Under the pieces are notes generated by a model, which was not told the DNA's origin, searched no databases, and saw nothing but the letters and a program-made list of their open reading frames with translations. From a virus, in the IMG/VR virus record IMGVR_UViG_3300009130_000002: a stretch of 64,000 nucleotides of DNA; one strand, given 5' to 3'. Made by a program: the position numbers and the translations under genes. Within the stretch, counting starts at the first letter, position 1; every line of letters begins with the position of its first letter. Below are positions 7,366 to 17,800 of this stretch, piece by piece.

Positions 7366-9546
7366 ATGTCTCTTACAAATACTGAAGAGTTGAGACTGAA
7401 GGCTATAGAAAGCAAGCTCAATACTTTTCAGAAAGCAATTAGAAATCTTGCTTCTAAAGAAGAATTAAAACAGTTACTGCTGGTGAAAGACACAGTGGAA
7501 GTAGTGTTGCGTCAAATTGTTGACGAAACTGTTAACTTGGAAGTACTAACAGATACTAACTTACAACTACCTGTACAGAATAATCAAATTCTGAGATTTG
7601 ATTCAACTGAACAAAGATGGAAGAATGTAAGCCTAAGTGATAGTGGCGGTGATGGTGGTGGTGGAAGTAGCGATGTCACTGTGTTGGGAGACCTGGCCAA
7701 TGTGACTTTACCTCAGAGCAGCAACATGGATAACCAAAGTATCCTTTGGTATAACAGTGCGCTTGACGAGTGGAGACATGCAAACGTAATTAATTCTACT
7801 GATCTTAACGATGGAACCTCAAATAATATAACTCTAGTTCCTCAAGATCAGGGCACCGTAAAGGTAGCAGCAGACTATAAAGATCGAACAGAGTTTGATG
7901 AAAACGCATTGACACCAAAAGGATATGTCGATGCTGAGTTAGCAAAGTTTTCCCCAATATCCCCCCCTGACTTTCCTAACTCTCAAACTCTATTTCTTGT
8001 TACAAGTGCAGGTGGAACTACACCAAGAACTGCGATAGGAAATAATCCAAAACTAAGTAGCGGAGCAGTTACAGATAACAGTGCTGGACAAAATCCACCA
8101 GCTACTGCAGGGCAAGCAGTTCTAAGAATTCCAAGTGGAACACTTATACATACAAATACTATTGCAGAATGTGGTCCAGGGAATAAAGGGAATCTAAATC
8201 TTTTACTAAATGGAGTATCTGCTGGGTTAATTAACTTTACGGATTCTGATGATAGTCAGATATTAGCCTCTTTAAGAATCAGCAATAATATTGATTTCCC
8301 AGATATATTTCCAGGGTTTCATATGAAATTTGATGCCAGAGGAGATAATATCAATGCTACCCAACCAGGATGGTCTAGCTTGGTTATGCAGCACAGTGAA
8401 ATAGCAGAAACTCTTGAAGTTTATTTTCTTCTGGATGATATGACAGCAAATCCTGGTTTAGTAAATCCCAATGCAGTAACAATAACAGAGTCAGCAGAAG
8501 GCACCTTAAGTTATATTACAGGCATTCCACACTATAGTTCAGATAGTAAATTGCTAATTTCTAATTTGGAAATGACAGGAGTTACAGGGGAATGTTATTT
8601 TGATGGTTCTCCGGTGGTTGCACATACAAATGAAACATCTTCTGGGGTTAACTCAAATAATAAAACCTACGAATCTATTGGAGCTGCAGGAGCAACTATA
8701 GATGGTAGCTTTATTCCAGAAGTAGATATAGGGGTTCTTGCTTTAAATCCCGTAGAATATACAGTAAATACTTCTGATGCTCCCGGTGAAATTCACCTTG
8801 CTGTTACATTTAAGAATTGTAATGGGTCGGAAACATTTGAGTTTCCTAGTCAGAAAATATTAATCAATCCCTCAAATGCTCCTGGTGGTAGTGTGAATGA
8901 AATAGCTGGCTTGCAGGTGTCAGGGCTTGGGTCACAGCCTAATAATAATAATGCTTTTAGGGGAGTTACTGGTTCTGGAGATACGCCAGACATTGATCCA
9001 GATTCTATATTCGATCATACTGCATCTTTGGTTGGCGATTTGGAAACAGCAATTACTGTAGGTGGTGTTTTAAAACATAGCGTAGAAGATTTTTCAAATA
9101 GATTGCCTGCTGGACCTGACTTATCCCAAACACCAGGAAGATCGGGAAGACAATATGCAACTTATAAATTTCAAAGAACAGGTCAAAAGAAATTCGACTT
9201 AAGAGTTGTTGGAAAAGTTTCTGGTTTGTGGATCAAACAACCACAAGCAACAGAAGCATACACAACAGCAGAACAAAACGGATGGTTTGATACAACAAAA
9301 CCATATGCAGGATCTGGTATTCCTGGAAACGGTCCTGGAGGAAATGGAGACAATAATTATGGTTGTGCTGTTTGGAATGTCAACACAGAACCACTTGTGA
9401 CTGGACAACAAACAGATCAAACAATTACTTGTACATTTGGCACTTTAAGCACGACAGGATCTTATAATAATTTTATTCTTTTAAGGATTGCTCTTGAGTC
9501 TGGAGACTCAATAACAAATCTCCAAATAAATCAAGCAACTAATTAA
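7366..9546 (+). CDS. Virion structural / fibre-associated protein (about 726 aa)
   Basis: ATG at 7366 after AGAGG. Fibre motifs QILRFDSTEQRWKN and LTPKGYVDAE. C-terminal two-thirds is paralogous to 9557-11866. Confidence 0.7.
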   Translation: MSLTNTEELRLKAIESKLNTFQKAIRNLASKEELKQLLLVKDTVEVVLRQIVDETVNLEVLTDTNLQLPVQNNQILRFDSTEQRWKNVSLSDSGGDGGGGSSDVTVLGDLANVTLPQSSNMDNQSILWYNSALDEWRHANVINSTDLNDGTSNNITLVPQDQGTVKVAADYKDRTEFDENALTPKGYVDAELAKFSPISPPDFPNSQTLFLVTSAGGTTPRTAIGNNPKLSSGAVTDNSAGQNPPATAGQAVLRIPSGTLIHTNTIAECGPGNKGNLNLLLNGVSAGLINFTDSDDSQILASLRISNNIDFPDIFPGFHMKFDARGDNINATQPGWSSLVMQHSEIAETLEVYFLLDDMTANPGLVNPNAVTITESAEGTLSYITGIPHYSSDSKLLISNLEMTGVTGECYFDGSPVVAHTNETSSGVNSNNKTYESIGAAGATIDGSFIPEVDIGVLALNPVEYTVNTSDAPGEIHLAVTFKNCNGSETFEFPSQKILINPSNAPGGSVNEIAGLQVSGLGSQPNNNNAFRGVTGSGDTPDIDPDSIFDHTASLVGDLETAITVGGVLKHSVEDFSNRLPAGPDLSQTPGRSGRQYATYKFQRTGQKKFDLRVVGKVSGLWIKQPQATEAYTTAEQNGWFDTTKPYAGSGIPGNGPGGNGDNNYGCAVWNVNTEPLVTGQQTDQTITCTFGTLSTTGSYNNFILLRIALESGDSITNLQINQATN

Positions 9547-9556
9547 GGCAAATATA

Positions 9557-11866
9557 ATGGCAGTTAATGATTCAGAAAAAATTGATTTATTGATAAAGAA
9601 GCTGATCTATTCTGTATCAAAAACACAGAATGCTTCTGACTTAGCCCCTTATGAAGAGGGGGTCGCTAGCCCTCTGTGGTGTGCAGGAAATGAAATCTGG
9701 ATTAATGCAAAAGAAATTCCGGCAATTCCTCCTACTGAAAACAATGAAAATATCAAATTAGAAACAGTAAATCTAACAAGAGATGAAAGTGCAACAGGAA
9801 TTAGATCTTGGTTGGCTATAGATGGAACTGGAACTAGGTTTCAAAATTGGATTCCCAGTTCCTTTGGTCCACAGTATAGCGTAAAGCTCTACAAGGGTGA
9901 TCCTTCTTCAGGAGGAACTTTGTTATTTCAAAGCTTGGTTGATTATCTTTTTGATTATAGAAGTGGAGTCTTAAGTTTCATAGGTCAGAATGCTCCGTCT
10001 TTCACAGGTATAACTGAATCAAGCACAGATCTTTTTCTTGTTGGATATAGATATATTGGGCCAACAGATATCTCTGATTATCTAAGTGGGGGAGGAGGCG
10101 GTGGCTCAGGCGGTGGTGGCCTTGGCAACGAGATAGAGCTAGGTTCTCCTACCGACACTGACTTAACAGATGGTCGCTTAGCAAAACCACCAGCAATTAC
10201 TCTTACAGAACAAACAACAGTAACAGACGCGATAGATTCTCTAAACGAAACAATTGGATTGTTATTGCCAACAGCTCCACCTGTATTTCCGGGGGATCAA
10301 TCTTTAACATTTTCTAGTGTTGGAAACACGCCCTTTCTATGTGCAGGTGTTACTGATTATTCAGATGAGCCAACTGGTTCTGCGAACAAAGTTCTACCAG
10401 GAGATGCTGTAGTAAGAGTCATTACAGGAACAAATGTTCTTTCAAATACGATAACCTCTTGTGGACCAGGAGATGCCGGAACCCTAACTGCCACATTAAA
10501 TAAGACAACTGCTGATGAGGCAGCCATAGGAACCCCTGTTGTACTTGATAGTCAAGATAACTCAACAGACCCTAACGACAACTCGATTGAGTTAATAATC
10601 ACAAACAACACATGGTATCCAATAGAGACTCCTGGTTTTTGGCAGTCATTTGATAGCTCTCTATCTATAAACTATAACAATATTTTACCAGGAATACACA
10701 AGGCAACAATAGAGCATACTTCAGGAACGGAGTTGCACGGGTTCTTTGTTTTCGATGATTTTATCAGCAATCCCAACATCGATGCCTCCGAAATGACAAT
10801 TTCTGATGTGAACAGAAACACTGTCTACTCTTCTGGTGTTGGTCACTTTGGACAAGGGGCTAAGGTTATTCTTTCTGGTATTAAACTATCTAATATAGTC
10901 GGAAAAACTTACTATGGCGGTGACTTTATTACAGTTAGTATCTCTAACTCGCTTGATATGGGGAGTGACGTAACTCCCCTTGCAGGTGGTCCGATTTCCT
11001 ACAATCACACAGACTTTGGAAAGCCCCCAGAACTAAGCGAAACAGACTGGCAATCACCAGAAGAATTATCAAATGGAGTCGATATTTTATTAAACAATAC
11101 AGACTCTATAAAGGTTTTTCGTTTACAAATGTCAGTTACCAATGTGAATGCAACAGAAAGCATACAGCTATCTCCTACATTTCTATATGCAAACGGGAAT
11201 CCTGTTGATGCTATTGTTGAGGATGCGATCCCTGTTGTAGGCTTCTCAGGAGCAACAAATGCAGAAAGAATTAAATTTCCTGCAAGCGTTGGTTCAGCAA
11301 CAGACCAACCTATAAATGCATACACTCCCACTGATTCTGATTTTTTCTGGAATGGTGGAACATCATTTGCAAATTTATTATACGCTACTGTTGTTGGTGG
11401 GCAGATATCCCATGATACTACAAACTATCAAAGCTACTATCCTGCTGGACCAAATTATAGCGGCTCAGATCGTCAAACAAACGTGCAGTATATTACATTT
11501 AGATTTACAGGTGCAGGTATTAGCAATTTTGATATAGATATAAAAGGACAGATAAGAAAATGTTTTGTAAAACTAGAAGGAATTACAGATCAGTACAGTA
11601 GTACAAAATGGTGGTCGATGAATACGGCTGCTGAATCTGGAATACCTGGAGATATTCCAGGCCTTCCAGATGTTAGTGGTAGTCTTGGTTGCGCTTCTTC
11701 AAATACTGTGATGCCTTCTGGATCCACAATTGATGGTAGATTTAATTGTACATTCGGATTGGCTAACAGCACCAATGCTGCAAATAACGGAATACTTATT
11801 CGTTTTGTTTTGGATTCGGGAGACTACATTAAAAAACTTAGATTCGTAAATCCTTCTTCTACTTAG
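9557..11866 (+). CDS. Virion structural protein (769 aa), mosaic paralogue of both neighbours
   Basis: N-terminus (KIDLLIKKL...IPAIPP...FDYRSGVLSF...GYRYIG) matches 11875-20007; C-terminal part matches 7366-9546. Confidence 0.7.
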   Translation: MAVNDSEKIDLLIKKLIYSVSKTQNASDLAPYEEGVASPLWCAGNEIWINAKEIPAIPPTENNENIKLETVNLTRDESATGIRSWLAIDGTGTRFQNWIPSSFGPQYSVKLYKGDPSSGGTLLFQSLVDYLFDYRSGVLSFIGQNAPSFTGITESSTDLFLVGYRYIGPTDISDYLSGGGGGGSGGGGLGNEIELGSPTDTDLTDGRLAKPPAITLTEQTTVTDAIDSLNETIGLLLPTAPPVFPGDQSLTFSSVGNTPFLCAGVTDYSDEPTGSANKVLPGDAVVRVITGTNVLSNTITSCGPGDAGTLTATLNKTTADEAAIGTPVVLDSQDNSTDPNDNSIELIITNNTWYPIETPGFWQSFDSSLSINYNNILPGIHKATIEHTSGTELHGFFVFDDFISNPNIDASEMTISDVNRNTVYSSGVGHFGQGAKVILSGIKLSNIVGKTYYGGDFITVSISNSLDMGSDVTPLAGGPISYNHTDFGKPPELSETDWQSPEELSNGVDILLNNTDSIKVFRLQMSVTNVNATESIQLSPTFLYANGNPVDAIVEDAIPVVGFSGATNAERIKFPASVGSATDQPINAYTPTDSDFFWNGGTSFANLLYATVVGGQISHDTTNYQSYYPAGPNYSGSDRQTNVQYITFRFTGAGISNFDIDIKGQIRKCFVKLEGITDQYSSTKWWSMNTAAESGIPGDIPGLPDVSGSLGCASSNTVMPSGSTIDGRFNCTFGLANSTNAANNGILIRFVLDSGDYIKKLRFVNPSST

Positions 11867-11874
11867 GAATAAAC

Positions 11875-14800
11875 ATGGCAATTAATCAAAATGAAATCGT
11901 AGATTTACTTTACAAAAAACTCGCATATGGCGTTGCAAAAACGAATACAGAATTAGAAAGATCTCCAACTGAAGAGAATATTCCTTCACCTGTAAGTAGT
12001 TTCGGAAACTATATTTGGATATCTGCAAGTAGCATTCCTGCGACTCCTCCAGCTTCTTCTAATGTGATCGTAGAAAGATATCAAAGAGTAGACGATCCAA
12101 CAACGCACATTGAACTTACAAGAAATACGGAAGTTTCAAATAATAGATCCTGGATGGCTAAAGATGGAAACAATGACGCATTAAGAAATTGGATTCCTCC
12201 TGTATTTGGCAGCGGTTATTCAATCAAAGTCTGGGCAGGCAATCCGCTTACTGGAGGAACTAGACTCTATCCAAAAGGAAGTGGAAATAATGATGAATTT
12301 TATTTTGATTATGATTCTGGAACATTAAATTTTATTGGAAATACTGTTCCGGTGGACGCCTTTACTAAAATCTATATAGAAGGTTACAGGTACACTGGAT
12401 CCACTGACATCGGAAGTTTTGTTGCAGATAGTCTTGGAGACTTACTTGATGTTAATTTAAGTGGAACAATAGATATAGGGCAAACAATTGTATGGGATGG
12501 AAATGAGTGGATTAACTCAATGCCTCCTGGAGGATCTGATAGCAATTTTTTGATTGTTGGTCCGCAAGCAGGAGAAGCCCTACTTTATGATCACACAGAT
12601 TCTAAATTCAAAAATCAATACTTGAATATTGAAAACCTTGGGAATGTTGGAGATCTTTCTTTACATGCAGGTGAATTTCTAAAGGTAAATGATACTGCTG
12701 ATGGTGTTGATTTTGCTTTATTCTCTTCTCTCTTTACTGCTGGAAATAAAATTGATTTAAGTGGTTCTCAAATCGGACATGAACCAGCCATGAGTCCTGT
12801 TGATTTTGCTCCAGGAGCAACAATCACAGCACAAGATTGGGTTGGAACAGAGACCCTGCATGGACAAAGATATGCAGCTTCTTTGCAATTAAAGCTATTA
12901 AAAGATATCGAGATGGATGCAGAAGGTCATGTTCTTGCTCGTGTTTGGACAGATATTACTGGAGAGCTTTATAATTATGTAGATAAAGATGAATGGCAAG
13001 AAAGATGGGACCGACACGTAAATGTAACCACCATGAGTCACAGTATATGGGACGTTGAAGAAATTACAGGTATAGATCCACAACTAAGAAATGGACTAAC
13101 AAATCAACAACTACTAATTAGAAACAGGATAACTGGAGATTCTGGAGCTACAGAGGATGTTCTTCAAGCCATTGATCATAATGGTCTTCTGGTTATAGCA
13201 GATCATATTCCAGATCCTTTGGACCCTCCTGCACATCCTACACAAAAAATTACAGAAGTTCATGCAACGCATTTGTTAGATATTGACTTAGAAGTATCAA
13301 ATCCTCCTGTTGCTGGAGATGTTCTTGCTCTGCAAGATGTGGATGGACAAGGTCAACTCAGGTGGGGCTATGCTGCACTTGGGGAGGATCAAGGCGAGAG
13401 CAACAGTGGTATTTCTTTAACTGGAAATTTTGCAAATAGTTTCGATATTTTTGTAGACAAACCGGATGGTTCAACAGACCTTAGATTTAGAGGTATCAAA
13501 TTTGTTGATGGAGGTGGAGCAGCAATTACCACCGACAATCATACATGGGATGACGGAACAGATCCCAATGCTCCTTTTCCGTTAACAGTTGGGCTGATCA
13601 AAGAAGATACTGATTTGCCAAACGTAGATACTACGTTAGAGATTGGGTTTGATCCTAGTAAAATTCGAATTTATAACCTATCAGATCAAATGAGTCCGGG
13701 TGATATCGGATACCCAACAGAGGTATTGCAGAGCTGGCGAGATGATGATCCTCAAGGATCAAGACCAGGGTCAGGAGGAGGAGTGCCAAGCACCTTTGCA
13801 ATGCAGTATGCAGATGGATGGTATTCTTGGGATGATACAACGGGAACGAATATAACTGACAAACCCAATACGTTGTCTCCTGATATGTGGGGTGCAATCC
13901 AAGGTGGAGGTGGCCAGGATAACACAACTCACAGAAGCCGAAGACTAAGGACATCTGCTAGCCCGTCTTGGCAGCAATTCTCTACTCCACCACAGAGCTT
14001 ACAGCAGCAAATAGATGACAAGTTGCAACTGAAATACTTTATTGACCATATGACCCTTGGTGGAAAAGTTGATCTATATCAAGACCCAAGTTTCGGTGGT
14101 TACTTCAGTAATACAGGTCATTACGGAACCCCAACAGATGTAACAACATCAGAGGGTTTAACAAATCCAATTTTTGCAGGTAATGGCTGGGCACATGAAG
14201 CTAAAGGTATCATATTTGATGCAAGTGACTTAAAGCACTTTGAAGAAACTGGCACATGGGGAGCATCATTTCGAGCGGATACTTCAGAGGCAGCACACCT
14301 AGCTGGAGGATATGGAAATGTAGATAATGACTGGTATAACGATGGGATAGCAGAATGGTCAATGGCACCATTCCCTGATCATTTTCATACAACAAGATCA
14401 GTAATAAAACGACACATATTAACACACGATGATAACCCGCATGGAGTAACTCATGTACATGTAAAATCAGATGAGGCTCACTGGAATGCAAATGCTTTGT
14501 CAGATGCACCACTAAATATTTCGAATCCTGAACTAGGACAAATTTTAAAATTTAATCCAAATGCTAATAATGGTGCAGGCGAATGGTATAATGCTGGTGG
14601 AGAAGCCTATGCTGGAGAATCCAACATTGGTGAAAACCATATCCCATTAGATGGGAATGGAGATCCAATCACAACTGGAGTTGGATACTTCTACAAAGAA
14701 AAAAATCACTCTGCTTTTGCATTGGTATTTAAGGGGATAAATTCTTCAAGTAACTTATTAACTGTTACTGATTCTGCAGAAGTAGTTACCTTAGGTTTTG

Positions 14801-17800
14801 ATGAAACTGCTATTAGGTTTTTAGATCTAGATTTAACAGATGCAAACGGAGCTACAGTTTGGCCTCCAAGTTTGAATACCAATACAGATGTCAATACCGA
14901 TACAAAAGCTACTGGCCAAGTTTTGGGATGGGACGGAGCAGTATGGTCAGCGGTTGATGCAATATCTAATATAGATTTAGCAAATATTCAAGATAACCAG
15001 TATCTAACTTCTAGTATTACCGGAGGAGTTATAAGCTGGGTAGGCTCTGATTATACAAAAGCCAACTACCTAGCAGGAAGTGATGGGGCTGGAGGAGCAG
15101 AATCAAAAGAAGTTACTGTTGATTATTCCACAATTCAAGATAACGAAGTTCTGGCTTATAACGCAGCAAGCAGCAGTTGGAAAGCCATTGGCCTTGGTAG
15201 CGTTGGACAAGCAAACGAACTGGACAGCTATGCTGGAACAGCCCCCGATCCACAAAATGGAATCGCAGGAGATCCGGCAGTACCCCTGGCAGCAGAAGGT
15301 ACACACAATAAAGATGGAGTTACATTATATGTAAAAGGGGTTAAAGACACAGATACAATAGTCGTTGATACTGCTCGTAGTGGTAGTCAATATATTGCCT
15401 TTAAAGTTAATCCAGTAGAAGTTAAGTTGGAAGATCTTGGAGGTTCATTAGCACCTGCTCAAATTGATACAGGTGGACAACCAGCAATTACAGCAGGTGA
15501 TCTTGGAGCTTTATCTGGAGCCGCAGGTGGAACTGGAACGCTTGGTAGCAAAATCGGAAATCTAGAAACAGAGACCGCAAGAATCGATCAAGAAAAAGCT
15601 GGGCAAGACGAACTTGATACTCTTTCTAATGCAGAAGATCCTGTCACTGGAGAAAAAACAGCTCAAGCTGCCTACGATAAGGCAGCACCAGAGTATACAA
15701 CTGGGAGTGCAGAGAATGGAAATTTAGAAACAGTTGAAGTTGATGAAGACTTAAAAATGCAACCATATGAAGTAGGGAATACAATTCCCATATGGAATGC
15801 GAACAAGCTCTTAAATGCCCCAATAGATCCATCACTAGCAGGAACAACAGATATAGTTAATGCAGATGGGGATGTTATTGGTAAAGAATATACATCAAAC
15901 TTAACTCTGCTTCAGGAAGGCAAATATCTTAAGTGGGATGGAACAAAGTGGGGACTTGGTGGCGGTGGAGAAATTGTTGAAGGTGAACATGGCCAATTTG
16001 GTTTCTTCTGGGCAAGCAATCCACTTCAGAGTACAGCAACAAATATAATTAAACCAACGGGTGGTGCATTTAATTTCTACGAAGGGAATGCATCAATTGG
16101 AGAAGAATCCAAAATTGGTATTCATACAAGTGCCCCCCCAGAAGCGCTCAGTATTGCTGGATTTTCTCCTTGCCTTGCTGTCCAACAAATTAGTAGCACA
16201 AATTACGAACCAGAAGAGCTTATCGGATGGGGCAAGCTTTATGCACGTACAGCTATTGGTGGAATCTCTGCAGAATCTAAAATTGTCTTACATTTTGATG
16301 GTCCGCATAATGCAAATTCATTTATTAATGATGGCATTGGAGAAGTATATTTTCTACCAATGCATGACGCAGATGGAAATGGAACTCTTGAATACAACAA
16401 TGTAAAAACAGTTTCAGATAAATATGTTTATGGGGATAGTTCAGGATTTTTTCCTGGAGGCTTTGGAGACTATATAGCTGGAAACAATAGCACAGATATC
16501 ACCATTGCAATGAAGCCATTTGACTTGGATTTTTGGATGATGCCTTTAGGGGATTACCCTTTAGATGCAGATGGAAATCCCGATACAAGTCAACCAAGAA
16601 ATGATCCTTCAGGCAAAAGATATCTTGTTGGTCAATATGCAATGTCAGAAAGTCGTTGGCATCTGAGTGTAGACTTTGATTCCGCTACTCATGATTTTGA
16701 ATTTTTCTATAGAGATTATGATTCTTATAACGCAACCTTTACAGACTATACGATAACTCTACAAAACCCACTATCACATCAGTTACAAGATGGGACATGG
16801 TATCATGTTGTTTTTCAAAGATATCAAGTAGATCATAATGGCGTTCAAAAAGATATGTGGGAACTCCATATTGCAGATGGAGCAGGAGGAACAGGACAAG
16901 GAGCCCCTGCAGTATCAGCAACAGGAGAGGGAATCCCTCATCAGATGGTATGGGAAAGAACAGAGCCGCCACTCTTAATCCAGTCTGTAGATGGTGAATT
17001 AATCATTGGACATGCAAACAGAAAAGGTGATGAAGGAGGAACAGGATTAAATCTTGGATTCAGAGGTTATATGGATGAATTCAGATTTCAAATTGGATCT
17101 TTTATAAACTGGACAAGTCTTTCGGTATTTAGAACATTTCTCTTGCCCTATGATACTGGTCAATCTTCTTTAATCTTTAAAGACTCTGGAGGCTCTTACG
17201 ACCTATTGAATGCAGCAGGTGTTGTTAGAAAATTATTGGATCAAGATGGAGACACAAGGGTTGAGGTTGATTTCAATGATGTCAATGACAATACAATACG
17301 TTTCAGAGCTAACGGAAATGAAGTTGCGACAATCACCAAAGATGGCTTAAATTTTGTTGGCGGGGGGACAATTGCAAGACTAGATGATCACTTAAATACA
17401 AACAATGTCAATGCAGTGGTTAGTCAAAGAGCAATCAAACAAGCTATAGATAATATATCTACTAGCAGTATTGTTGATAGTGGTGGACAAACTTATGTTC
17501 ACACAGAGCAAACCTTAAATGATTACACCATCAGAATGGTTGCTCAAGGGAACGAACAACTCGCTATTGATGCAAATGGGATTGATATAAAATCTCAGCT
17601 TAAACTTAGTGGAGTGTCTCCAGCTGAAGGAGACGCAATAATAGTTGATGCTAATGGCGACTTAACTTGGGGAACTGTTGCTGTTGATGGAATTGCTGCT
17701 GGAGGAGAAGGCAGCTTAACAACATACACAACAAGTGGAACGGAATTGGGACCAGCAACAGGACTTAGTTGGAACCTCAATCTTGTTAATCCAGAACAAA